From NCBI GenBank assembly GCA_951406725.2, contig OX597815.1, positions 13,950,001 to 14,014,000 on the forward strand: a stretch of DNA of 64,000 nt, read 5' to 3'. Positions 1-13,297 of this stretch are shown one piece after another (within the stretch, counting starts at the first letter, position 1; every line of letters begins with the position of its first letter). Below the pieces are notes generated by a model. That model was not told the DNA's origin and searched no databases. It saw only the letters and a list, made by a program, of their open reading frames with translations. The position numbers were made by a program, and so were the translations under genes. The stretch is from Octopus vulgaris (Eukaryota).

Positions 1-918
1 ATTGATATACGTTTCTTTAATCGTAGTGGGTACTCAAAGTAGGAATATACTTGTATAAAAGATAGATTTGTTTTATATTCTAACATAGAATATTCTAATA
101 TTATCTTGTGAATCGAAAAATTCACATAAATAAATAAAGATATAGACATACGCTAAAATTCCTATATTGCATTTTGAAATGAAGACTGTCTGTTATATTA
201 CGACAAAATCTCGGCAGAAATATCAGACATTTTACAAATATAATGTTACTTCTTATTTTGGAAATGGACAAATCAGTCAAATATTACTCAATTAGGGAAT
301 CAGTCATCAGAATATCACTGAGGAATTAGTAACCGACAGGACGTTATCAAGTATAATCAAATATAAAGTGAACCGTAGACTTCATAAATATTTAGAAACT
401 CAATTATCTAAATCAAATGTAAAGCACAAAAAAAGCGGAATCACAAAGGTAGTATTTTCTTTTTCAGATAAAGCGGATGAAATAAATTTCATAAACCACA
501 TACAGAGAAAAGATTTAATTTTATAAAGAAATAATACATCATGTAATATTCATTCAGATGGTTGTGTTCTTGTCTTTGTTCGAAGCCCAAGAGATAAATG
601 TGAGAGAATTGATAAAGAATGAGTGTTAAATGCAGCTGATGGGAGGTTATGAGTATACAGATGCGAGAGAGTCTGTTGGACATGCAAGTCACGTTGCCGT
701 GAAGAGAAAAAGAGAGAAGGAAAGGGGGAGGGAGACAAAGGGGAGAAATAGAAGGGAGAGAAAAAGAAAAGGAGAGAAATAGAAGAGAGAGAAAAAGTAA
801 AGGAGAGACATAAAAGCGAGAGAGAGTAAGAGAGACCGGACACTGTAACAGAGAAGAGATTTCATAAAAAAAGGAAGCGTAGAACACATCGACATTAAGA
901 ATTCATATACGTAGACGC

Positions 919-1150
919 ATGCGTGATTGTGTGGTAATTAATTTGCTTCCCGAACAACATTTGTTTCCGGCTTCACATCCGGTTTTGGTGTATTTACATC
1001 CCCGACAACTAGGGGTTCGGAAAAACAATATGGGGATAAGCACCAGGTTTGAAAAGAAAGTACTGGGCTCGTTCATTCGACTAAAACTTTTTCATGGATG
1101 TGCCCCACCATGGCCGCAGTCTAATGACTGAAACATGTAAGAGATGAAAG
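919..1150 (+). mobile_element. Degenerate, internally deleted copy of SINE family C
   Basis: Head 'tgtgtggtaat..ttgcttcccgaac' and 3' end 'catggccgcagtctaatgactgaaaca' match the full copy at 12622-13080. Confidence 0.7.
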
Positions 1151-1235
1151 ATAAAACACATATGTATATAACTGATATACATACGCAAAAACATACACAT
1201 ATACACATATATATACACATATATGTATAGATAAA

Positions 1236-1393
1236 CAGGGGTTGGACAAAATAATGGAAACACCTTAAAATTTCGAACAAAATTATTTCACTATGAGGTA
1301 GGAAAAACGTTGGCAGTAATTACAGCTTGAATTCTATGCGGTATGGACTCGTACTAGGGTTGAATTGTTTCCAAAGGAATTTTTGTCCATTCG
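1236..1393 (-). mobile_element. Tc1-like DNA transposon end (TIR plus transposase C-terminus remnant)
   Basis: TIR-like 'cagggggttggacaaaataatggaaacacc'-type start; minus strand reads EWTKIPLETIQP*YESIPHRIQAVITANVFPTS*, matching the Tc1 C-terminal W..IP...I..L..S.P.R..AVI.A motif. Confidence 0.75.
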
Positions 1394-1945
1394 CTACCTC
1401 GGCGAACTTTTTGGGCCACACTGCCGGTGATTTTTTTCTCTTTTCAAAAATTTGGTTCTCTCGGCGTCACTGCCGGTGAAGTTCTTTCTTCACCTGCTTC
1501 AGAGACAGGTGAATATGAGAATGGTGCAAGCATAGAAGTTTCTTTTTTTTTCACAAAATTGGCTTAAAAAGCCACAAGATATGACAATGATTATCCCGCA
1601 GGGGGGAATTTCAACTAGCAGCTTCCAGAAAAAGCAAATGGCAGTTCTTTTCAACAAAACAATAACAATTCACCACAGTACTTCAACCAAATAAAACACA
1701 GGGAAAAAGTAAAACGTACCAGCAACAGGAGACTTACACTAAGAAATGTGAAGTCATAAATTTATAAATTGGTCAAAATATTTCTTTTATATTTTTATTT
1801 TTATAGTTGGAAGATGCCAGTTAAAATTTTAGATTTTAAAATTTAATGCAATTATAACTGCCCATTTGTTATAGATTAGCTGTACCCGGGTTCTAATTCC
1901 AAGACTATCTATTCAATCTTTATTTAATGTATAATTTATAATTTA

Positions 1946-2340
1946 CTAGCAGTATCGCCCGGCGTTGCTCGAGTCTGTAAGGGAAATAACTACATAAGCA
2001 TTTTTAGAGAGTTATAGCCAGAAAATAGCACAAAAATGCATTAAAAATGGGAAAAAATGATTGTAACTTTTTTTTCTGAATCGTTAATCATCGTAGACAT
2101 TTAGAGAGTTACTTCCCTTATATAATAGCGAAAAAAATGCATTCAAATGGGAAAAATGATAGTAAATTATTTTTAAAATCGTAGACTCATCGTAGACGCG
2201 CGCTAATACCCAGATGGGCTCGATATGAATCACGACTATAAGATACCCGGTTTTGGTTAAACTGCACCGCAAAATGTGGGAGTAGTTAGGAATCTAAATC
2301 GTAGGAGACAGACACACAACTTCACTTTTATATATAAAGA
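1946..2340 (-). mobile_element. Non-autonomous Helitron
   Basis: Minus strand begins TC and ends with a GC hairpin plus CTAG, between A and T; homologous to 15097-15480 and 17906-18415. Confidence 0.8.
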
Positions 2341-2457
2341 TATCTTGTAAATTTACTTATATCAAATAATTCTAATCAGTTTATCTATCTATCTATTTGT
2401 AAGTATCACCATATATTTTGATATCACAAAAAGGAAAAATCTCTATATTTTTTATAA

Positions 2458-2750
2458 TTAATCCAAATCTTTATAAGATTTCCTATAATATTTAAAGGTT
2501 TTATAAAACCTATGACTACATGGCGAAAGTGCTTCTGATTGACAATTTATTAAGTTCTTATGTTTATGTAATAATATATACAGTGCTTCTTTCATACAGA
2601 GACGGCAACTATTAGATTTATGCGTGTATGGTGTGGTTGAATCTATTACACACCATTCCAATTTATAGTTAATTTTGTTTTTCTTTAGTTTATGTATATA
2701 TGTAGCTAATGATGTCGTATTGGTCACTGTATTTGGATTAAAGGAGTGTA
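2458..2750 (-). mobile_element. Penelope-like element GIY-YIG endonuclease C-terminal fragment (Naiad/Hydra-type)
   Basis: TSLATYIHKLK...LEWCVID...SCRLCMKEALYI...LINCQSEALSPCSH fits the L..yi..LK / W.I / CxLC..E..I / LN.rsE...C.H pattern of PLE endonucleases. Confidence 0.75.
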
Positions 2751-2899
2751 TATGCGGAACTACCTATACATATATTATATATGTATATACATGTATATAC
2801 ATGTATAAATGTTTGTATGTATATGACACTGTTATACACCGCTGGTCATAATACACTTCCAATTTTGTCTTGATTATGACATTATTTCCCATTTCAACC

Positions 2900-4180
2900 C
2901 AAATTTCTTGATTAAATCCTCATCCCATCGAGGTGGAGGCCTACTAAGTGGCCTCTTCCGATCTCTTGGATACCATTGCCTGCATCCACCTGCTCTCCAT
3001 GAACCTTGTGATATGTCAGCCTCAGCGGAACTTGTGCTTTCGATACTCTATGATCACATCATTCATACCGCTTTGCGTGGAGGCGCAATGGCCCAGTGCT
3101 TAGGGCAGCGGACTCGCGGTCATAGGATCGCGGTTTCGATTCCCAGACCGGGCGTTGTGAGTGTTTATGGAGCGAAAACACCTAAAGCTCCACGAGGCTC
3201 CGGCAGGGATGGTGGTGATCCCTGCTGTACTCTTTCACCACAACTTTCTCTCACTCTTACTTCCTGTTTCTGTTGTACCTTTATTTCAAAGAGGGCCGGC
3301 CTTGTCACTCTCTGTGTCACGCTGATTATCCCCGAGAACTACGTTAAGGGTGCACGTGTCTGTGGAGTGCTCAGCCACTTGCACGTTAATTTCACGAGCA
3401 GGCTGTTCCGTTGATCGAATTAACTGGAACACTCATCGTCGTAACCGACGGAGTGCTTCCATCCATACCGCTTTGTTAACAAATTATCTCATTCCGAATA
3501 AGCTATGTTCTTAGCGTGGACCCTTCTATCGTCCTTTGCATCGTAGCCAATCAATCTTGTATTCTCTTTATAGTAACCCACGTCTCATTGAGCAGCTAGG
3601 AGGGTGTTATCGAAAGGTCTGTCAAGTATAGTATTATCTAGCTTCCTATGAAACATATCCTTTATTGAGGTAATTGCCTTTTACACTGTCTTTTCTCTCA
3701 TTGAGGTTTCAGCATTCATACCTCGGCGTAAAGTAGACGAACGCCTTTGCCTCCTCCATTTCATCGCTTCCTTCCTTTATTCTCCATTGTACTACGTCGT
3801 GTTTCCTTTGAAGACCTACGGTTAAGCTCTAAGTGATCAGCTCTATCAGTATGTTCTCCTGCTTGTCTGAGGCCTAAGTAATGAGGAAGACATCTGCTGC
3901 GGATCGGAGGTGTGTTAGTTGCTCCCATTGGTCCGCACGCCACCGGTCCAGCAGACGTCCTTCGGGAACATTTTTAAACATGAGCTAAAGAGCTTTAAAT
4001 CAATGGTATTTCCTTGCCTGACACCATTCTCTATTGGGTCCTTTACCAGTTGTGATAGCACAGCTATATTCGCTGCTTGATAACGATTCGAGCGTACGTA
4101 GAACGAGGATTTTCCGCAATTCTTCACCTACGAAACTTAACTTCTCTGTTGCAATGCTATCTTTCACAGGAAGTTTGTCT
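2900..4180 (-). mobile_element. Decayed RTE-clade LINE (RT and C-terminus), split by a SINE
   Basis: ENGVRQGNTIDLKLF resembles GVRQGDTISPKLF; downstream IRNE.I and HI.R...RW remnants; many stops and frameshifts. Confidence 0.75.
3076..3463 (+). mobile_element. Full-length tRNA-derived SINE, family A
   Basis: A box 'tggcccagtgc', B box 'ggtttcgattcc'; 12-bp TSD CATACCGCTTTG at 3064-3075 and 3464-3475; other copies at 7558 and 37847. Confidence 0.9.
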
Positions 4181-4189
4181 GTTTTCATC

Positions 4190-4540
4190 AGAAAATACTA
4201 GAGAAACAAAAACTGATGAGGTTGCACGTAAAAAAATCACTTCGAATATACCATTTTTCATCAAAGCAATCAGACCAGATCTAATACTTGGCTTCAAGAG
4301 TTATAGGCTGAATAAATTGATACAGTTTGCAAAAGAAAGGAAAATCATTAAAAGACACAGGAGAGGGCTGACATTCTATAGGTCAGAGGCTACGGCGCTG
4401 AAGAATAAGGATAGGCTCACAGTGACAGACAAAAGGGAGACAGAGGAAGTATGCAAACACCTTCTAAACCAACCTTTTTAAATCGTCAGTGAAGCTCGAT
4501 CTCACACCGCTACAAATGCAACAAATGCAAACTAATCTGA
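4190..4540 (+). mobile_element. RTE LINE ORF2 pre-RT segment, opposite orientation to the adjacent RT part
   Basis: KRHRRGLTFYRSEATALKNKDRLTVTDKRETEEVCKHLLNQPF resembles the RTE linker L.nkdG..vtd...ie.vc..fy..LF. Confidence 0.55.
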
Positions 4541-4570
4541 TCAGTGAATCTAAATATAAACTTAAATTAA

Positions 4571-4585
4571 TGTATGTATGTATGC

Positions 4586-4618
<33 letters not shown>

Positions 4619-5156
4619 CGTCTGTATGTATCCATCTATGTATGCATGCAAGCATATGTGTATGTATGGATTCATGCTGGCTGTTACCGGTAAAGGTTTT
4701 AGTTTCCAATTCTGTACAAGACATTTTAGATATTTGGCTGGGCTAAAAAGTCACATTTGATCACAGCACCAATAACAGTTAAGCTTCGTAAAATGGGCCA
4801 TACTCGATAACGAAGGGGCAGCCATCATGTGTGTATGTATGTATGTATGTATGTATGTATGTATGTATGTATGTATGTATGTATGCATGCATGTGTGTAT
4901 GTATGTATGTATGCGTGTATGTATGTATGTATGTATGTGTGTGTGAATGTATGTATGTATGTATGTATGTATGTATGTGTGTATGTATGTATGTATGTAT
5001 GCATGTATGTATGTATGTATCTATGTATGTATGTGTGTATGTATGCATGTATGTATGTATGTATGTATGTATGTACGTATGTACGTATGTATGTACGTAT
5101 GTATGTATGTATGTATGTATGTATGTATGTATGTATGCATGCATGTGTGTATGTAT
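4571..5156. repeat. (TATG)n microsatellite blocks
   Basis: Direct reading; source of the MYVC/HTYI ORFs. Confidence 0.95.
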
Positions 5157-5249
5157 CATACACGTGCATGTGTTCCTGATTCCTGTGGCATTTATCGTAG
5201 AGCAGAGAACTCATGATTCGCGTTATGTAATCATTATTAGACACCATGT

Positions 5250-5470
5250 AAGGCTGCGAGCTGGCAGAATCGTTATTGATCTGGACGAAATGCTTAGTGG
5301 TATTTCCTCCGTCCGTCTCTACGTTCTGAGTTCAAATTCCACCGAGGTCGACTTTACCTTTCATCCTTTCAGGGTCGATAAGGTAAGTACCAGTGGAACA
5401 CAGGGGTTGATGAAATCGACTTATCCCCCTCCTTCAAAATAGCTGCCCTTGTGGAAAATTTGAATACATT
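5250..5470 (+). mobile_element. tRNA-derived SINE, family B (diverged)
   Basis: 'aggctgcgagctggcagaatcgtt...gagttcaaattcc.ccgaggtcgacttt.cctttcatcctttc.gggtcgataa' shared with more than 10 copies in the window. Confidence 0.8.
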
Positions 5471-7557
5471 ATTAGTCACCTTGTGATTTGATTTCCATTT
5501 TCATGTAGACTTGCTTTTCTTTTGTAATAATGATGTCAAACCACCTCATTCAAAACTTGAGAAAATACTTACATTTGTTTTACTTGGTATTGTAATTTAC
5601 CCAAGAACCTGGAATCAACTGTAGAACAGCGATATAAAGTAGTCACACAAGGGGTACGTCTCCTTTCAGCAGGTGATCCGCTCTGGATTTATGAAACGAA
5701 TCAATAGAAAAAAAAAGGAAAACCAATTCCAATCGTAATAAATATTTATGGAGGAAGTTACCTACAATATTCAAATTCCTCGTTTGTTTACAAAGCATCG
5801 GTGCATTATGCCTGAAATCAGACCGTTCAAATAGGACCCTTGTTTACAATGCATCAAGTGAATTATGCCTGAAAAAACACCGATGATGCCTGCCATTACA
5901 GTTTATTAATATATTGATTGACATATTCATTTATAGAGGTTGTTTTGAAGAATATTTTAACATATTTACGCTTTTGGTGTAACTAAGTTATGATGTACAA
6001 TAAGTGGGCTTCGAAAGAAAAATTTCATTTATTCTTCATATAAGGTGTTGGAACTTCAAGTAAAAGCAAAGTAGCTTGTTCGCCTTGAATTCAAGTTTTC
6101 AGTTAGAACAGAAGTGAAATGCAATAATGCTTAAATGCTGCAAATATAATTTGCATTATCTTGCATTGTACTTGTAGCATACTCTTGATAACATCAACCA
6201 ATTAATCACCTTGTTTTTAATTTGAATTCTTTCGTTTTCATTTGTAATGATGCTTAAAATATATTATTGCCTCACTTCTTATTAACAAATCGATTTTATG
6301 CTTCTATGAGTAGGATTATTGTGTAAAAATCTTTTATCGATTGAAATGATTAATTTCTTCTTTCATTTAAAATTTCTATCATGACAAAAGAATTATTTCA
6401 AACATATGCTATTGTCCTAACGACCAATGGAATAAATTCTTAAGAAAAACCAGAAGAATCATTAATCTACAATTACGTTTAAATTTCTATAGAGAGTTAA
6501 TATGTATGATGAACACTTAAATTTTATTTGTTGGCAATTTCAAATCAGCCTAAAATATGTTGTGGATGTTATGGTATGCTGATCATAGTAATATATATTA
6601 TGGAAACATTAAAAAGAGGAAAATTGAATACCACAGACTACTGAAAATGTAATTTAAGTGAAATACATTCATTCTTAATAGAAGATTCAACAAATACGGA
6701 GATAAATTCTATTCTATGGAAGAAATTTTCGTAAGCTTTCGCTGTATAGCAAAATGATAATTGCCTTGGAGTTAAATATGATAAAATATATTATCACAGC
6801 AGTATTTTATAATTCAAAATATATTCACCGGCTAAAACCTCCTCTCCAATGTCTAAAATATTCATTCGTAAGTTCCTTCAGTAAATCTGTATATTATAAC
6901 CAATATTGTAGATCAATTATTAGCCCTCCCTATAGGAAACCAGAAAATGTTACAGTTTTGATCAGCTGCATAACCTCTACAACACAAAATTGCTATTATG
7001 TAACTGAGTTCATCTTAGCTGGATAGAGCAAACTAATTTTGTCAAATTGCACTTTACTCCCTTAATACATGACATTACATAAAGTCTGAGATAATGAAGG
7101 CATGGCCAAGGCTGGAATGTGTTTGAATAGAGATCTTAGACGAGGATGAATTGACATACAACATTAGTGAGCTGGAAAAGCTTTGCAGTGTCATTTCAAT
7201 CTAGAAATGACACCCGTAGGAACTCACCTATCAACTATGGTTTTCCTAATGGAGAAACAGTTCAGCCAGAACATCAAACATATTGATTTGCCTTGTCTAG
7301 AAGGACCTACAAATATCACAAAGACTATAAATCTCTTTCCGACTAGATACTTTTAAAAGGAAGGAAATTAATACAATAAGTCATTATGCTAATTCTGGTT
7401 TATCCAGTCGCTTGTGCTTCTGTTACCATTGAGGCTGTATCTATTTTATATCTCTTCTGTAATATCAAATTTTCATAAAATGTTGCTAACACCAAAATGG
7501 CATTGAATTAACTTGTCCATTATGGACATAAATTACAGACAACACTATATTAATATT

Positions 7558-7912
7558 GTGGAGGCGCAATGGCAGACTCGCCATCACAGGATTACGGTTT
7601 TGATTCCCAGACCGGGCGTTGTGAATGTTTATTGAGCGAAAACACCTAAAACATCCACGAGGCTCCGGCAGGGGGGGGGGGTGAGCCCTGCTGTATTCTT
7701 TCACCATAGCTTTCTCTCACTCTTTCTTCTTGTTTCTGTTGTACCTGTATTTCAAAGGGCCATCCTTGTCACACTCTCTGTCACGCTGAATCTCCCCGAG
7801 AACTATGTTAAGGGTACACGTGTCTGTGGAGTGCTCAGCTAATTTCACGATTAGGCTGTTCCGTTGATCGAATCAGATGGAACCCTCGTCGTCGTAAGCG
7901 ACGGACTGCCAT
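7558..7912 (+). mobile_element. SINE family A copy (small internal deletions)
   Basis: Homologous to 3076-3463; TSD ATTAATATT at 7549-7557 and 7916-7924. Confidence 0.85.
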
Positions 7913-8470
7913 GACATTAATATTATATCTTGGTCAGACGATATACGGTATTGTCGTTGCGATCTCCAGTTAGACTCAAGTGGTCAATTATGCGATGGAA
8001 TATATGTCATCGATGGCTATTCCGTCTTTTTTCTCGGGCAATATAGTATGGGACTATACTATCCAAAGTAATAGGAGTTTTAATTGAGAAAAAATCGTTG
8101 TTCCTTCTTGCAGGTCAAGCAGTAGTGTGAGTGTCCTATCGAAGACTTAAGTAAATGAATTATTGTACCTTATTATAACTTATTAGCAATAAATTGGTAG
8201 ACACATTAGTTGTTACGAAAAGATTACTTTGTTATATTTTTCCGGCACTTTACAGTCTGAGATTAAATCCTGCTGAGTTCAACTTGGCATTTCCTTCTTT
8301 TAGGGTCGCAAAAATAATGTACAATATACGTCTTACAGAATATCTCCTGATATTTTGACACAATCCTCTGCTATCTAAGTTCAATTCTGCCGCGCTCGAC
8401 ACTTTTTTCATCTTTGGGGTCGAAAGAAAAAAATGTCATTAAGGTACAGAAGTTTACGTACCTTAATATG

Positions 8471-8692
8471 TTTTTTTATTACCCACAATGTGCTAAACAT
8501 AGAGGGGACAAACAAACGAATTAAGTCGATTACATCGACACCAGCGCGTAACTGGTACTTAATTTATCGACCCCGAAAGGATGCAAGGCAAAGTCGACCT
8601 CGGTGGAATTTGAACTCAGAACATAACGGCAGACGAAATACCCGCTACGCATTTCACTCGGCGTGCTAACGGTTCTGCCATCTCGCCGCCTT
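8471..8692 (-). mobile_element. SINE family B, full copy
   Basis: Family match; flanking repeat TTACGTACCTTA(A/T)TATG at 8454-8470 and 8691-8707. Confidence 0.9.
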
Positions 8693-10340
8693 ACGTACCT
8701 TATTATGACATAGAATTTCTGAACTTGCGCCTAAATTAGAAACAAGTATTTCTCAACTTATTTCTCCTAATTTCCTTCTTTCTCCCACACTCAAGTATAT
8801 AACATTATCCCTCACTAACTCGTTTCTCATAATGTTCCTCCGCGTACTACGCTTACTTTGTTGTTTTTATTTCCTTTAGCTGGTTACCATTCTCTTTCTT
8901 CATCTACTCTCTTGTTCTTGTTTTAGAAATTTTGACACATTGATTCGTCGTGTGATACATCTTGATTGTCGTGAAATCCATGCTACTTTGCAAGAATAAG
9001 GGTTTGAAGAAACACAGAAGTAAAGAGCTCTGTAACAGTTCAGAGACGGAAAGTAGACAGTACTTCCATTGCTTGTATGAGTGCTGTACTATTATATGAA
9101 AATATTTGAAGAATCACAAACCGCTTTCATTGTATGACAATAAATAGAAGCACACTGATTTATAACAGATTAACACTGGAAAATAATATCACATGGTACT
9201 ACAAACATTTTTAAAGAGGTTGCGAGTGGGCCTTGAATTATCTATTATCAGTAGAATGACTGCAAAGTAATGCTTAGTTGTTTATGAACGCCTATGAGAC
9301 AACTGTCGTTTAAATATTTTATACAAGGAAAAGAGTTGCTGAAGGCGCTGTTAGGCACCGTTTCCTCTACACTCTGTAATTTGGTTTGAAATAGTGCTCA
9401 ATGTTCTCATTGTAAGATCCATTTCTACAGGCTTAAACATCAATACTATAATGCTATTACCATACTATAAAATTTGCTGTATAAAAATGAAATAAGTAAT
9501 GTTTAAAGATATTTTGATCATTTTAAACCTGTGTCTCTTAAAACAAAACAGAAAGAACAAATCTGGTATTGAATTTGAAAGAGTTGAACATTACATTTCG
9601 GAAAACGAAATATCACCTAATCGTTGTCACATATTCCCTTCGAAAATCTGCGGCCTACACTCATGCAAAAATATCTAATTACACTCCATTAATTTCACAA
9701 TACAAATATAGCTGCCATAACATTTTATTTCAACACTCTCAGCAGCGATAATAAATTAGTAGAGTGTCTTCACTTTCAAGATTTCTGCTTTCTTTTAACT
9801 TAAAAATCAATATTTATGAAAGAGGATGTACGCAGTCTCTACCTATTTCACATAGTAAACACCTTGACACATTTTACTATATAACGAGCAAATGGTTAAG
9901 CTATGGCAATGTAGGCGTAGTTTATTTACACAGTATTATAGATATAGACTGCCATTCAATAGGGAAGTCTATGGGAAATATATAAGATTATAATAAGAGA
10001 TAAAGTGACTGGGGGAGAAGATTAAAGTATATCTCTTAATATATAGCATAAAATAGCGTATGTAATTTGTGCATGGAATTCGAATCAAAATTAAGCAAGT
10101 GAATAGAGACCGAACAGATAAGCTGACTTTTCTTGGATATACAAGTACATATATGTGTGTGGTGTATGTATGTATAATATATAGATTAATTATTTTCCAT
10201 ACTTACAGTTGAAAACGTCTCAATGAGTGGAACCGGTTCTGAAATGTTTTTTTATAAAATTATTTTAGCATTTTCTATCTTGACATTTTTTTCCATATAT
10301 ATATATATATATATATGTGTGTGTATGTATAAATACATAT

Positions 10341-10397
<57 letters not shown>

Positions 10398-10401
10398 GCA
10401 T

Positions 10402-10760
10402 GGGTGGCTGTGTGGTACGAAGCTTACTTTCCCATCACATGGTTCCGGGCTCAGTCCCAATGCGTAGCACCTTGAACGACTGTCTTCGACTATAGCATCT
10501 GGCTGACCAAATCCTTGTGTGTGTACTACTGAGAGAAGTACGTCGTATATATGTATATATGTATTTATTTGAAAGTTTGTGTATATGTTTGTCCCCCACC
10601 ATGGCCTGACAAACAAAGTTGTGTTACGTCCCTGTAACCTGGCAGTTCGGCATATGAGACCAATAGAACGAGTAATAGGCTTACAAACTATAAGTCCTGG
10701 GGTCGATTGTTTCGGCTAAAACCCTTTAAGATGCCGCAGACAAATGACATACAGATAAAA
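10402..10760 (+). mobile_element. SINE family C (diverged)
   Basis: 'ggctgtgtggta...catggttccgggctcagtccca' head; body matches 12622-13080. Confidence 0.8.
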
Positions 10761-10764
10761 TAAT

Positions 10765-10878
<114 letters not shown>

Positions 10879-11789
10879 TATATAAACACTAGAACCCAGT
10901 GGCAACAACACATAAATATCCAAATTCATACATACCCACATTACAGAATATTCAATATAAAACCACTTGAATGATTTTATCAAGTGGCCAGTGTGAAATA
11001 AAAAGAAACCTTACAGGTATATATTAATCTATAATTATATTAAGAGGGCGGATACACCCCTCCAACACTTTGGCATATTTTACAGAAGAGAGCAAAGTGT
11101 TTTACAATCCTGTGCCAGAAATCGATCTACGATTAACCAATTTAGAAAAGAATCTTATTTTTTTCATCTTACAACCTATGCTAACGGTGTATAAATATAG
11201 TTTTGAGAGCTGTTTGGCGTCTATATTTAGCGTGTTGGTGGGGTTTATCGGCAACCTTAATATAATTAAATTATATAATCGTAAGTCAGTATAAATTTTT
11301 ACCTGTAAGGTTTTTGTTCCAAGCGGGCCACTCCATAAAATCATTAAAGAGGTTTTATACTTAATTTTGTATATTTTTTTTATTTTTTGCTCCAGATCAA
11401 ATCATATTCGTTGCGATATTATTTTGATAATAAAACCACGTGGTTCGGGTGAAAATAATTAGATTTAACTAGTGTGTGCATGTAAATGTAGGCATATAAT
11501 AGTGAAGATACGTTGTTCGTATGGTTATGTATAAATATTTGCATCTACATACGTTAGAAAATTACATTAAAGACAGAAAGAGGTTTTACATCCCTAATCC
11601 AGGTATCGATCTACAAGTAATCAATTTTTTAAAAAATCTCATTTATTCTTTCATCTGCCCAATTACAAACTGTGCTAACGGAGGATAGATGTGGCTTTTA
11701 CAGCCACTTGGCGTCTATTTCTAGTTTGTTGGTGGGGCTTACCACACCCTTTATATAATTATACTACATGATTATAAAGTAGCATACTC

Positions 11790-11876
<87 letters not shown>

Positions 11877-11889
11877 TGTGTGTGTCGCC

Positions 11890-12073
11890 ATCATAGATCG
11901 TTAGCCACTACACACATTTTTTTTCTCTCCTTGTTTTTTTCTGTGTACCTTTCTGTAGAAGAGCGTAGGCTCGAAACGTAAAAGATTTTTCTATTCCTGA
12001 GCGTTATACTAATACATCTGTTTGTTTCGTACATCACCTGTCTTCGTCTTTTGTTTTTTTCGTAAACTCTCCC
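11890..12073 (+). mobile_element. ~185-bp hammerhead-bearing repeat (PLE pLTR/retrozyme-like), family H1
   Basis: Close copies at 36797-36990 (-) and 45235-45415 (-); flanked by (TG)n and (TA)n. Confidence 0.8.
11949..11984 (+). ncRNA. Minimal type-I hammerhead ribozyme motif with variant core
   Basis: cttt-CTGTAGA-a-gagc[gtag]gctc-GAAAC-GTA-aaag: stem I cttt/aaag, stem II gagc/gctc, palindromic ACGT stem III, GUA site. Confidence 0.7.
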
Positions 12074-12621
12074 TATATATGTACATATATATAAATATAT
12101 GCATTTGGATATGTACGTATGCATATATATGTATATATGTGTGTATGTGTATGAAAAATATTTATATGCGTATATATTCCATAAGTATTTGTGTGCGTGA
12201 GTATATGCTCGTTTATATTATATTAGGATTGTGATGTGACAAATCATAGCAAAAGGCTTATTATTATTCTTAAAACGGCGAAGCGCTTGGCAGCATTTCG
12301 TTCGTTTTTACGTTCTCAGTTCGCATTCATCTCTTCGATGCCGATAAAATAAGTACCTGTTGTGTACTTGGGTCGGTGCAAGCGACTGTACTCTCCCCCT
12401 AAATTTCAGACCTTGTACCTTTAGTAAAAAGAAGTATTATTTTGTTGTTATTGTAATTATCATCTGAGACTCTTCGAATCTCATAATAGCACCATGCTTA
12501 CCCGGCCCTGAAGTAGGGAATATCACCACAGAGATACAGCTGATAGATGTTTTTGAGCTTATAGCGACATAGCTGATTACACCATACGGGATGTGTGCTT
12601 TAGAAACTCTTTAGGACTGAT

Positions 12622-12804
12622 AGGAGTGGCTGTGTGGTAAGTAGCTTGCTTACGAACCATATGGTTCCGGGGTTCAGTTCCACTGCGTAGCACCTTGGAC
12701 AAGTGACTCCTACTATAACCTCGGGCCGACCAAAGCCTTGTGAGTGGATTTGGTAGACGGAAACTGAAAGAAGCCAGTCGTATATCTATATATATGTGTG
12801 TGTG

Positions 12805-12861
<57 letters not shown>

Positions 12862-13080
12862 TTTGTGTGTCTGTGTTTATGCGTCTGTGTTTGTCCCCCC
12901 AACATTGCTTGACAACCGATACTGGTGTGTTTACGTACCTGTAACTTAGCGGTTCAGCAAAAAAATCGATAGAATAAGTATTAGGCTTACAAAGAATAAG
13001 TCCTGGGGTCGATTTGCTTGACTAAAGGCGGTGCTCTAGCATAGCCGCAGTCAAATGACTGAAACAAGTAAAAGAGTAAA
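12622..13080 (+). mobile_element. Full-length tRNA-derived SINE, family C, with internal (TG)n
   Basis: tRNA-like head, CORE-like 'ccttggacaagtg', tail 'gaaacaagtaaaagagtaaa'; other copies at 13298-13655, 30818-31258, 47560-47765 and 62187-62588. Confidence 0.9.
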
Positions 13081-13297
13081 TTGCATCGATTTCCCACAGT
13101 GATTTGTTGAAGGGTATGTAAGTTCTCTAAACATTCGCATAGGTATTTATATAATAAATTTCTCGTAAGAATTACACGTATTTGCACATCTATTGATGGC
13201 TTGCAACTGAAGTCTTATGGTGAAGAATTACGTTGCATATCTAAGTGCCCTGATAATTACGGGTATAATTCTAAATTTGTAGAGTGAATGTAGTATC

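Noticed and set aside
489-895. Hydrophobic Leu/Ser/Phe-rich ORFs
   Set aside because: Antisense of a GA-rich low-complexity tract
3076-3150. tRNA-like heads of SINEs as tRNA genes
   Set aside because: Continue into SINE bodies with TSDs; no complete cloverleaf or terminator
2908-3414. 168-aa ORF
   Set aside because: Chance read-through across an antisense RTE remnant and a SINE
4464-5442. Many overlapping ORFs (MYVC/HTYI repeats); similar YI, poly-I and poly-L ORFs across the window
   Set aside because: Translations of stop-free microsatellites
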